Origin: Massalongia carnosa
Taxonomy: Eukaryota
Direction of reading: 5' to 3'
Length of the DNA stretch: 64,000 nucleotides
Assembly (NCBI GenBank): GCA_965645245.1
Contig: OZ287084.1
Coordinates: forward strand, 806,001-870,000
Part shown: one piece after another, positions 37,930 through 49,113 of the stretch
Layout of the letters: each line of letters starts with the position of its first letter
Numbering within the stretch: the first letter of the stretch is position 1
Made by a program: the position numbers and the translations under genes
Notes under the pieces: model-generated
What the model was told of the DNA's origin: nothing
The model's input: the letters and a program-made list of their open reading frames with translations, nothing else
Database searches by the model: none

Positions 37930-40900
37930 ATGCCTGGTGTACTCAAGAGATTGGAAGACAACCAAGGAGCCTTGGAACTTAGTAGGGTCGGGGTTGCCCC
38001 GAAACCTGGAGCCATGGCTGGTGAAGGCCCGACAAACTTGAAAGAGGAAAACTACGTCAATGGGATCACAACCATGAATGGACATTGCGAAGTACAAGGA
38101 AGTTACGGAAATGGATCGGTGATTGACAAAACAGAGATCCAGACTAATTTCGCTCCTGGTGCCGATGGACTCTTGGGGCAGTTACCTCCAGAAATTGAGC
38201 ATATAACGTTTGGATACTTGCCTCTCTCTACGCTCATTACCAGAATGGTTCAGGAAACCTTTAATGGCCTGACAGAAGCAATCAATGAGATGTCAGAACT
38301 TCAAGTCTCACAGCCCAACCATAGCGATTCTCACATTAACGGCAATGGGGCCGGCAACAACTCTCAAGCCAACAAACAGAAAAAACTTCGTATGCTCAAT
38401 TTTGCTCAGGATAGAAGGGCGCAATTCATCAAGATTTTAGTCCTTTCCCATTGGAGCCGCCAGGCAGACGCCATTAGTAAGGTTATCGATCTCAAGGTTT
38501 GGTTGGACGGCCAGAAAAGAATATATGATGAAGCTTCTGGGTGGATGGGTGAGCTCAAGCGGGTTCTGGGACCCCTGAAAATGCCGAATCCAGATCTGGC
38601 TACCGCATTAGAAATTTTGACCCTTGGTAAAGCATCTTGGCTTCCCGATGTAAGAGCGCTCAAGTTTTCTATGATTCCACAGAGAGCTAACAGCGAAATA
38701 GCTTGGCTACATACCACTGAGCCCGCTCTCTCCACAAGAAACTTTAAAGGGTCTTCGAAATATCAATACCTTACTGTCAGTCCGGTTGAACCTACATGAA
38801 AAAATCCCGCCCTCGTTTCGTGATTTCTCGATAGGATCTGGGAGAGCGACTTTCCGTGTCCGCGATGAGTTCGAACTAGACTTGTCGCTTGCCGATGAAG
38901 ATCCGTCATCTCAATTATACTTTCTCGACTTTCGGTTCCTTTTCTTACCTGTTCCGGCTGAAGTTTCAGATGGAAAGCTAAGGGATGCGATTGAAGGTAG
39001 AACCAATGACGCCCTCAAACAAGATGGTTTAAGTGGTTGTTATGATTTCTTGCATGATCTAGTACTTACCCATAAACTTACTATATTGAAACATCAAGCC
39101 TTTGAGATGGCACAGGGATTATGGGCGCACCATATAAAGGTGGAAGAAGTCCGCCGGTCTTTTATTGTGCAATACTGGCTAAATAGACCTGGTGGTAAAC
39201 ACTGGATAGAACTTGGCATCAAACGCCGACGAGAGAACAACCCGTTGCAGCTGTTCAACAGCCAAGATTCTCCCCATGTCGCCATTCGATGGTTTCGGAG
39301 CGGCAAAGAAGTCACCACCTTCCAAATTAACTTGAGACTTGGAAATCTATCCTTTCAACGGATCTTGAAACAAATAATCGCAATACACACAACCTTTGTT
39401 TTCGAAAAGGCAGCTGATCAGCTGCGTGGTGGGCTTATCTACTCGAACAGGCTTTTGATGTTAAGACATACTGCGTCCACAATCGAGCCGCTGGATGCTG
39501 CTCTTTATGTACAACTCACCATGCTTAAAGCAGTTAAAATCATCCAAGTTCCCGTGACCGGTAGGTTTGCCTTGTTACCGTCGTCCCAGTTGTACAGCAG
39601 AGCGGAGATAGAATTAAACAGTCTGTCGAATCCGACGAGCGAGATTTCTGCACGGTTGGCCAACCTGCGGTCTAATGTTTCGCAAGATGAAGTAGAGATT
39701 CGCGCCAAGATTCTTGGATGGGAGGCAGTGAAATCGTTGAATCCAGGGCAGGAGACTATGAGACGTCTTTTTCCTCGGGATACTCTCCGCACCAGATTCT
39801 TCCGGAGGAAATCATGGAATAATTCCTGGATTCTTGTCTTCACCTCAAGTCTTATGGGAGACTCCTGGTGGATTGCAGAGTTGGGAGAAATGAAAATAGA
39901 AGGTGGTCTTAGGGAATCTTCCCTATCGCGGACTGGTCCCAGCTTCAAGGCCGCTTACAGGCTGCCTATGGACGGATTCAAATCGCTTGTCATGGAACCC
40001 TCATCTTCAACGTTGACTCAAGTTGAGCGTATGGCCGTTGGCATGATATCGCAATATATCGACTCTCGCCAGCTGACTATCCAGAAGATTCCAAACAAAT
40101 TGCGACCGACGCCGGGGCATTCAGCTCGGTTGCCATCCGGGCTTCTTTATATGCGGCTGACCCATGGTCGTGCGCCAGCGATGCTGCAGTCCAACTCTCC
40201 CTTAACCCCTCCCTGGTCAAGTGATATCGTTACCATCGCTTTTCAAGGTCTAGATCCTGCGACGAATTCTGCGATCCACACCGTTTCGGCCCGTCTCCGA
40301 AAACCTATTCCCAAAATAAAAAGCCTGATTTCGGGCATCGACTACTCCGTAGCATTTCATCCTACTTCTGGTGCCTTTGCCTTCCGCCTTCTTACCCCGG
40401 TTGGCGAACCTACAATTCGGCCACTCCTCCACCGCCTTTCCAGCATCGAACGTCTCGTACAGTTTCTTGCAGTCATCAAATATCACAAACTTTCTTGCAC
40501 CACGGTTTCGCTAACCCATCTGGAATTCGTTTACGCTTCTAACCCCTTCATTCTCATGGCGACGGTCTACTTTCCCTTAGATGCCCCTATGTCTATCTCT
40601 TTTGAAAAGGGAAACCCCCATCTTCGCATACAAGATTCCATCACTTCTTTACTTCGTTCCGCGGGTGGTCTTGATCACGTCATTATTGGCCTTAGTATCA
40701 CGCTTCCCATTCTGCGGGCGTTTTCAGTAATGGAGGCAGTGCATTCCAGCGATGGTGTGACTATTCTACCACGGTCGGCAGTGTGGCATCAGGTGCGTTA
40801 CATGAGCGCTGGGATCAGGTTTGACGTCAGAATAAAACAGAGAAGACATGATCTAATGTGGCTTGTTAAACGTTTGGGATCACCTAAAGATGAAAAGATT

Positions 40901-41134
40901 ACCGAGAAGGTGGAGCAAGGAATGAAGAGCATTGAAAGAGGTAGTGGCGATGGTTGGCGAGGGATGAAAGGCGGGATGGTGGCCTCGATTGAGGGAGTGG
41001 AGGATCTGATGGCCAAGATCAATGAAGTTTTTGCAGCTGTGAGGAATGATAAGGACGAAAACGACAAGCTTGTTATTGCTGCACCAACCGGGAAAAAAAG
41101 GAAAGCAGAGGACGAGATTGTGGTGCTGGACTAA
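37930..41134 (+). CDS. MED14: Mediator complex subunit 14 (Rgr1)
   Basis: LPPEIEHIT.GYLPLSTLI.R, RAQFIKILVLS.WSR, KMPNPDL.TALE.L; intron 38650-38701; GRATFRV.DEFELDLS, QLYFLDFRFLF. Confidence 0.88.
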
Positions 41135-41840
41135 TTGTTTTCCAGTGCCATTTACAGCTTAAACTCGCATCTTGCGCGACGGCTACCGGCCAAGACGAAG
41201 TGTATGACTATCTTTTTTATCTTCGTCCTTCCACAGGGCAATTAGCGGTGGGTACAGCGAGAGGCTGGGCGGAATCTTGTTTTTCTTTGGGTGGTCCGGC
41301 GCTTAATGGAGATATACCCACGAAAGTATTTTATGCTTGCAGCTCTCTTCGATTTAGCATTAGAAATTAGCGTATGGGAGATGTGCGACAGCGAAAAAGA
41401 GTTGAGGCTGAACAGAAGGTGGCCCGGTGCCCAAAGTACCGCCTTCGGTTTTGAAGGGGATGTCACATAAGACTTGATCTATCAACTTCGGATAATACCC
41501 GTCGTCTCTCTCGTCAGCGAAGATATGAACCATAGATATTTTAGATTTACTAGAATATCTCATAAAAACTCTTACATTATTAAGCGCAATAAGTTTGGCC
41601 AGTTGCTTGGTGCACAGCCGTTATTCCAACTATTCCGGATACAAAATCAAATGTGCAAGGTAAATACTAACATCGACTAAGAATGATCCATTCGTCTTGG
41701 TTTTCAGGCCAGGTGCAGCATTTGTGCATGCGGCATGGTAGCGTTGAGGTATTATTTTCAAAGTGAAGGATGATGATCCGCCATCCTTAAGTTTTGTCTG
41801 AACAACAACTATCGAAACAGCATCCTTTACTCATACTATC

Positions 41841-44471
41841 ATGAAGCCAGGAGTGCGGACGACATCTATTGGCATGACTGGGTCTCATATCTGTGCACAG
41901 AACAGCCACCTCACGCACAACGATGTTGTTGGCAACTCTGCTTCTGTTGCCAAGGAACTCTCACCAATCAAGCAATATATACAGAGAAGCTCCTCCCTTG
42001 TACGGTATTTCGACTCCTCTTGTCTTGTGGTTTACATAGCGTATAATGTTCATTCATCTCCCTTGCAAGCGTGGATGTTTTCATTCAATCTATCCATAAG
42101 CCCTCAACAAGACGAAGGCCTCAGCCTGTAGAATCCAGGTGATCAGAGCTCTCAAATATTGATCATTCAACATCTTTAAGCCATATTCGTGCCTATTTCT
42201 GACATGAATTGCTTTAGCCGCGGACCATTGGGACATCCAAAAGTCAACAAACCCCTAGATTTCATTTCAGACGCGGAAGCCAGGGTACAGAAGTCTTGAG
42301 ACCTTAGTGGGATAGGGAATAGTCGACTAATTAGTTCCATGTTACACGTAGATGAGAGTGTTGAGAGACAGCCTCGGCTTCTTCTAAAGGTTACTGATAC
42401 TATTCAAAAACTTTTGCAAGAAGAAGACACAAATCATGATATGCAGATCACAATTGACGATCTAGGCCCCAAGGTATAATATAAACACCTCGAGGGATGA
42501 TATGTCCTAGCGCTAACGTATCCTCTCTAAGTCATTTCTAGCGGGTACACTGAATTCTGGTGGCATTCGCTTGGTGCAGATACGAGGCACATACATGCTG
42601 GCAAATCTACTCCAAGAACTTTCCCTTGCACAAAAGAAGGGAGCCAAATTCGCTGTTCTTGATCCGTGGCAGCTGAACGAAGATCCTGTTTCTCGCCTTA
42701 ATCGGCTGATCAAGGAATCTTTTTGGAATAATCTTACAAGGCAGATTGACGAGTCTGGCATTGCATTAGCAGCACAAGATACTAAGAGTGTAAAATCACC
42801 TCCAAGAATTTATATCCCACGAGGAGTACCAGAGCAGTTTGCGTACTACACCAAGCTTGCTCAAGAAAGGCCAAGTTTACAGCTGGACGTCCAGTGGCTT
42901 CCCAACGGGGAGATTACGGCCTCATTTATCAAAAGTCTCAACCATAAGCCCGGACTCCTAGCTTTGGAGATGGAGATGCCGACACAAGGTAGCCGGACTA
43001 ATAGCGCAGACAGGCTAAAAGGCCTTCCTTTCATAGTACCAGGAGGACGCTTTAATGAACTTTACTATTGGGATAGCTGTTTTTGTGCGCTGGGCATGTT
43101 AGAAAGCCATGCCAACGTCGTCAAATCAATTATCCGAAACTTCATTTTTGAAATCAAATACTACGGAAAGGTTTTGAACGCAAATCGGTCGTATTATCTA
43201 GGAAGGTCCCAGCCACCATTTCTCACCGACCTAGCTTTGAGATGCTATGAAGCAACACGGCAGGAACCGGATGCCCGAGATCTCTTGAAAATTGCACTTT
43301 TAGCGGCGAGGAAGGAGTATCACAATGTCTGGATGGCCGAGCCAAGGTATGATAGGTTATCAGGGTTGTCAAGGTACCGACCCATTGGATCAGGGTTTCC
43401 GCCGGAATGTGAGCCATTACACTTCGCACATATCATGGAGCCTTATATGACTAAGTACAAAATGACAATTGAGCAGTTCACAGAGGCTTACAACAATGGA
43501 GATATTCAAGAGCCAGATCTTGATGAATTCTGTCTGCATGATAGAGCTCATAGAGAAAGCGGCCATGATACTTCAAACCGCTTAGAAAACGTCGCTGCTG
43601 ATGTTGCCACTGTAGATTTGAGCTGTCTACTATATCGTTATGAAGTGGACATTGCACATGCCATTCGAACTGTTTTTGGAGATCGGTTAGAGATTCCAGT
43701 GACCTTTAATGCTCCTGGCGACAAGGCCGATCAAGTGGATTCTTCAGCAATATGGGATCGCCGGGCGAGGAGGAGAAAGTCACTTATGAACAAATATATG
43801 TGGAATGAGAAAAATGGTATATTTTATGACTATAACACTGTGAGCAAGAAGCAATGCAATTTCGAGAGCGTAACATGTTTTTGGACGCTCTGGTGTGGCG
43901 TCGCTAGCCCTCAGCAAGCAGCGTTGCTGGTGAAAAACGGGTTATCACTGTTCGAATATGTGGGAGGTCTCTCGGCAGGGACAGAACTTTCACGAGGAAA
44001 CATCAGTGCTACGAATCCACAGAAACAGTGGGAATACCCTTATGGCTGGGCACCTCATCAGATCCTCGCCTGGGACGGCTTGAAAAAGTACGGATATCAT
44101 GAGGAAGCCGAACGACTTGTTTATCGATGGCTACACATGGTCACCAAAGTGTTCGTGGATTACAACGGTACGATTGTCGAGAAATACGACGTGACGCAGC
44201 TTCACAGCCCTCATAAAGTGGAGGCAGAATATGGAAATCAAGGCCTAGATTTCAAGGGTGTACCGCAGGAAGGGTACGTTGACTCGCATGCCGAATTCAA
44301 GCATGATAAATATGCTTGCGGCAATGAAAAACGCTGATCAGGCTCTCCAGATTTGGGTGGACCAACGCTAGTTTCATCCATGGTCTCTCCCTCCTCAGTT
44401 TGCATGCAAAGCGTGCCATCGGGGTGTGCGCACCATACGAAGTGTACGCAAAAGCCATCAGCCAGCAATGA
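41841..44471 (+). CDS. Neutral trehalase (GH37, Nth1-type)
   Basis: RRGS, Ca-binding-like EDTNHDMQITIDDLGPK, IRGTYML.NLLQEL, PGGRFNELY.WDS, NANRSYYL.RSQPPFL, RESGHDTS, QWEYPYGWAPHQ, EAEYGNQG, EG|FGWTNAS. Introns 42285-42351, 42474-42531, 44274-44350. First exon and start uncertain. Confidence 0.9.
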
Positions 44472-45174
44472 TATCAAGCTAGGGGGTTTGCTCTCTTTCT
44501 CCCTAGAGATACCCCAGTCCCAAAATACAGAGATATAAGCTCATCAATAGGAAACCGGTCATACTGAAGTGCCTTGCCCTTGCCGGGCTGAGAATTACTA
44601 AGTATGACATGTTACTAGCCACGAAGCGGTCCATCAATATCAAAGCAAACATCGAGTACAAAGGGCATGATTAATATAATTTCCCTCTAAGTACTTATCC
44701 CTAAATCATCTATTTTCTTAGCACTAGAGCACTAGAGAGCTCTTAGGGGTGCTTCACCTGCAGCATTTACCTTGATATGTACTGTACAGAGTAGTGAGTC
44801 CAGAATCTTGAAACAATACAGAATGTGAATACCTACCTATACTAGTAAAAACCACGCTGTATGTATCTCTAATAGTACTAAATCAAAAGATAGGTACTCC
44901 ATACATCGTCATCTATCAACGCGGGGTAGGTAAACTGTTTAAATCTCCGACCAAGACGAAGACTTAGCCCGTTGCTTTTGAAAAGTGATGATTCGCAGTT
45001 AACTCACGACCAGTAAATTTTGTTACAAAGTACAGTTATCATAAAGGGAATTTTTCGGGTCATAAAACCGCTGCGCATTCCACCTCCTCACATTGCAGAT
45101 CATTCCCAGACAGCTCTGAAAACTTCCAGCCGATCCATCCAAATACGATAAAACAACCTCGACAACCCGTAATC

Positions 45175-45426
45175 ATGGCATACACATCCGAGCAAGACAG
45201 ATCATTCAATATCCTCGGCTCCTCAAAGCTCAACACTGAGGATGGAAAGAATCCTGTGCTAACCTCTCCCTCAACTCGATCCACTCAATCACAATCGGCC
45301 GGAGCGACAGACCAGGCTTCTGCTGTGGACGCGAAGGACAAGAGCACACCCTGTCAAAAGGCACATGATGCGCTCGAGGCAAGGCTTCGGGATGAGGAGT
45401 TAAGTGCAAGGTCTAGGGGGTGGTGA
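45175..45426 (+). CDS. Hypothetical small hydrophilic protein (83 aa)
   Basis: Isolated ORF with good start context (ATCATGG) after an AC-rich leader. No recognisable domain. Confidence 0.45.
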   Translation: MAYTSEQDRSFNILGSSKLNTEDGKNPVLTSPSTRSTQSQSAGATDQASAVDAKDKSTPCQKAHDALEARLRDEELSARSRGW

Positions 45427-45767
45427 GCGGAGAAAGGCACATCAAGGGGGCTGCGGTAGGGATTTCATCCTGTGGGGGCGGTTTTCGAAGGCAGAGAAGA
45501 GAAGACGACGATTGTGTATAGTTCTGGCCCGGGAGGATCTTAGCGCCAATGTCAAGTTTGGCGGGAAGAAGAATGGAGAGGAGTGAGGAGGACTCAGGCA
45601 GCAGAGATGTTCTGCTTTCTAAACGAAGCCAAGTTCTTTCACTATGAAATCTTAAGCTTAAACTTATACGAAAATGTCACCATCAATCTGTCTCCATAGC
45701 AGAGGTATCTGAGCTTTTCCTACTGACAGACCAATGATTGGTAGAATGAGTTGGCACATCTAACCTG

Positions 45768-45973
45768 TTGCCTCAGTACCTCAGACGTGCGTGGGCTCTA
45801 GGAGCCGTCTAAGCCCCTCCGGGTTAGCCTATTTTGCTAAGCTCCTTCGGATTAGCGTCCCAGCTGACTAACGTGATGTGCTGCGTAGTCAGCCTGTTAA
45901 CCCGAAGGGGCTTAACGTTCTGTAAGGCTAACCCGAAGGGGCTTAGCCGGGCACGTCTGAGGTACTGAGGCAA
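45768..45973. mobile_element. 206-bp MITE with perfect 23-bp TIRs and an 8-bp target-site duplication
   Basis: TTGCCTCAGTACCTCAGACGTGC ... GCACGTCTGAGGTACTGAGGCAA, flanked by CTAACCTG at 45760-45767 and 45974-45981. Four internal copies of a CTAAGCCCCTTCGGGTTAGC-like motif, two per orientation. Confidence 0.9.
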
Positions 45974-46033
45974 CTAACCTGGACAGCCTATGGAAGCTAT
46001 GATTCCTTCTTACGACTAGGAAATGAATAGGAC

Positions 46034-48448
46034 ATGCTCAAGCCATCATGTCGATATTCTCGGAAAATATCATCTACGTATCTTTACCCACGACCTCCCC
46101 CTCGCCGTCTTCAAACTGTCGCAGCTTCCGAAGCTGCTACTAGGCGTACAATCCTAAATGGAGATTCATCCACCCCCCCAAGGAACCGTGATGACAGCCT
46201 CTTAAGGACTATCTTTGATTCGCATCATTTCTGGCAAGAATTTTCGAAACGAGCTCCCGCAGATTCACTGGCTCCGCGAAGAGGCCTGTTTCAAAATCAA
46301 TATCTCACCCACGCCTCTGGCTTCCACAGCTTCACGCAAGCTACCTTACAGAAATGCAAAAAACTCGTTGCCAAAGTCGTCGCGGCGGCGAGTGTGGAGG
46401 ACTATAAGTCAATCCCACGAGATCTGGATTGTCTAAGTGACTCTCTATGTCGTGTCCTGGACATTGCGGAGTTCGTCCGCGCGACTCATCCAAGCGCTTC
46501 GTTTCGGAAAGCTGCTGGTGAGACATTCATTACGCTGTTCGAGTACATGAACATCCTCAACACAACGACATGCTTGAACTCTCAACTGCAAAAAGCTATG
46601 ACAAGCCCTGAGATTGTAGAATCCTGGGGTGAAGAGGAGAAGATTGTTGCGCGTAACTTGCTCAAAGACTTTTCGAAGTCCGCTATTCATCTACCAAGGG
46701 AGCAGAGGGAAAGATTTGTGGAGCTGTCCAACACTATCAGTCAACTTGGGACAAGTTTTGTGCAAGATATGGCCCCCGCAGAATCTACCTTGACCTTTGA
46801 CAATGGCCGATTGAAGGGCATGGACCCCCTACCCCTTAAACGAATCACAGATAGGCGTGGAAAAGTATCACTACCCACTGTGGGTCCGATTCCACTCACG
46901 GCTTTACGGACTGTAGAGGAGGAGGCTGTTAGGCGGGAAATATATATTGCAGGAAGGATGGCTTCAAACATTCAGATAGAGGTTCTGGGAAGGTTTCTCA
47001 AGCTTCGCGCGGAAATCGCAAGTCTATCAGGTTACCAAAGCTACGCCGAGATGAATCTCTCCGACAAGATGGCGCAGTCGCCGGAAGCTGTCAATTCATT
47101 CCTCACGGCGCTATCCGCCGACAATTCGGCTAAAGTCAAACATGAGCTGGATGAAATGCTAAGCTTGAAGAAGCAACACTCAACTACCATGGACTCGCCC
47201 ATGGCAATCAATGCTTGGGATAGAGAGTATTACCGCTCTCGCCTAGCCACTCAGCTGCGATCCAAGTCCCGCAAGCCAGACTTCGTATCGGCTTACTTTT
47301 CGTTGGGCACCGTTATGCAAGGACTCTCTCGCCTCTTCAGTCGGCTCTACGGGGTGCGTTTCGTTCCCCGCGAAACCTCGCCAGGCGAGACTTGGAGCCC
47401 CGACGTCCGCCGCCTTGACGTGGTGGATGAAACCGAAGGTCACATCGCCGTCGTCTACTGCGATCTCTTCGCCCGTGACGGCAAGAACCCCAACCCAGCC
47501 CACTTCACGATCCGCTGCTCGCGAAAAATCCCCTCGGCCGAGATCGCAGAAGCAGCTGCTCTAATTCCCGGTCTCGACCCCTCTCTCGCCGCAAACGATG
47601 GCATGGCCATCTCCCATAGCCCCACAGGCACCATCCACCAACTCCCCATCATCGCTCTAACCTGCGATTTCCAACCTTCCCACAACGCCAACCACCCCAC
47701 CCTCCTCTCCTTCCGCGATCTCCAAACCGTGTTCCATGAGATGGGTCATGCCATCCACTCGATACTCGGCCGCACGGACCTGCAGGTAGTTTCCGGCACC
47801 CGCTGCGCCACCGATTTCGCCGAGCTCCCTTCCGTTCTGATGGAGCACTTCGCCTCCGACCCGGACGTGCTTGCTCTCTTCGCCCGCCATTGGGAGACTG
47901 ATAACCCGCTTCCGTACGCACTCGTCGCGGAGCAACTCGCCATCGATCGTAAGTGCCAGGGCGCCGACACGGAAACCCAGATCTTGCTGGCCATGCTGGA
48001 TCAAGCGTACCACTCCGATCCGCGTTTATTTCTTCATGAAACCGGCGCCGGCTGTAGCGCTCGTGACGGCACCTTCGACACCACTCGCATTCTCCACGAC
48101 ATTCATGCCCGCCATGGCAGCGTCCCAGAACCACCCGGCACCACCGCCCAGGGGTTTTTCGGTCACCTGGTCGAGTACGGCGGCACGTACTACAGCTACC
48201 TCTTTGACCGGGCCATCGCGGGGCAGGTCTGGAAACAAGTCTTCCGCTCCGGGCGCAAGGGCGGCGCGGTTGGTCGAGACGGGGGCCAGAGGTTTCGCGA
48301 TGAGGTGTTGAGGTGGGGGGGGGCAAGGGATGGGTGGGACTGCGTGGCGGGGGTCCTTGGAGACGAGAGACTCAGGGGCGGAGGGGAGCGGGCTATGGGA
48401 GTTGTTGGAAGGTGGGGCGTGAGGGGCGGAGAGGGGGATGGGCGGTGA
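46034..48448 (+). CDS. OCT1: Mitochondrial intermediate peptidase (M3 metallopeptidase)
   Basis: Arg/Ser-rich presequence, LSDSLCRVLD.AEFVR..HP, YFSLGTVMQGLSRLF, AHFTIRCSR, FHEMGHA.HS, SGTRCATDFAELPS, FGHL..YG.TYYSYL. Confidence 0.95.
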   Translation: MLKPSCRYSRKISSTYLYPRPPPRRLQTVAASEAATRRTILNGDSSTPPRNRDDSLLRTIFDSHHFWQEFSKRAPADSLAPRRGLFQNQYLTHASGFHSFTQATLQKCKKLVAKVVAAASVEDYKSIPRDLDCLSDSLCRVLDIAEFVRATHPSASFRKAAGETFITLFEYMNILNTTTCLNSQLQKAMTSPEIVESWGEEEKIVARNLLKDFSKSAIHLPREQRERFVELSNTISQLGTSFVQDMAPAESTLTFDNGRLKGMDPLPLKRITDRRGKVSLPTVGPIPLTALRTVEEEAVRREIYIAGRMASNIQIEVLGRFLKLRAEIASLSGYQSYAEMNLSDKMAQSPEAVNSFLTALSADNSAKVKHELDEMLSLKKQHSTTMDSPMAINAWDREYYRSRLATQLRSKSRKPDFVSAYFSLGTVMQGLSRLFSRLYGVRFVPRETSPGETWSPDVRRLDVVDETEGHIAVVYCDLFARDGKNPNPAHFTIRCSRKIPSAEIAEAAALIPGLDPSLAANDGMAISHSPTGTIHQLPIIALTCDFQPSHNANHPTLLSFRDLQTVFHEMGHAIHSILGRTDLQVVSGTRCATDFAELPSVLMEHFASDPDVLALFARHWETDNPLPYALVAEQLAIDRKCQGADTETQILLAMLDQAYHSDPRLFLHETGAGCSARDGTFDTTRILHDIHARHGSVPEPPGTTAQGFFGHLVEYGGTYYSYLFDRAIAGQVWKQVFRSGRKGGAVGRDGGQRFRDEVLRWGGARDGWDCVAGVLGDERLRGGGERAMGVVGRWGVRGGEGDGR

Positions 48449-49113
48449 ATGGTGCGGGTTTGGGCGGCTTCCCCCCCTCCTATTTGGAGCAGGAATATTT
48501 GTGGGGCGTTAAGTGGGAACCGAGGTCCCTATATCTACTTATGGAGCTGGTAGACGATATACCTTCCTGATAGCCTATATACCCTGTTATGTACCTTACT
48601 GCTGTACCCCCTACCTATAGATTTACTATTTTAATTAACCCCAGAATCAAATGCCTTCCCCCCCCCCCCCTTTCCCCCTTCATCTCTTAGGAAAAAAAAT
48701 CCACACTCAAACAAGAACTTGCTTACCAAGGAAAACCCCCACCCCTTCCTCTCCTCCCCTTTTCTTTAAGAAAAAAAATAAGCCAAATACCACCAAAACA
48801 GCGGTTCACAAGGACCAATACCCGAAAAGAAGAGGAGAAAAATAACGAGGTTTTCTGCCTGCAAATCGTTCGTCCAAAGTACCTACCCTACCTACTTAGT
48901 TGTGTATATATGTACTGTACAAAGTACGAATGTATGTTTCCCCCCAATTCAGAAACAAACCCCTAACTAGCTAGCGCCACTCCGAGACTCCCCAATACCC
49001 AGGCACGCAGTTCGCAACCAAGCCAGTATCGTAGTTGTGTGCTCTGTATCATCATCAGACCACAGCACAACGCGATATGATACGACATGCGCGAGCACCC
49101 CATCCTAGTAGCG

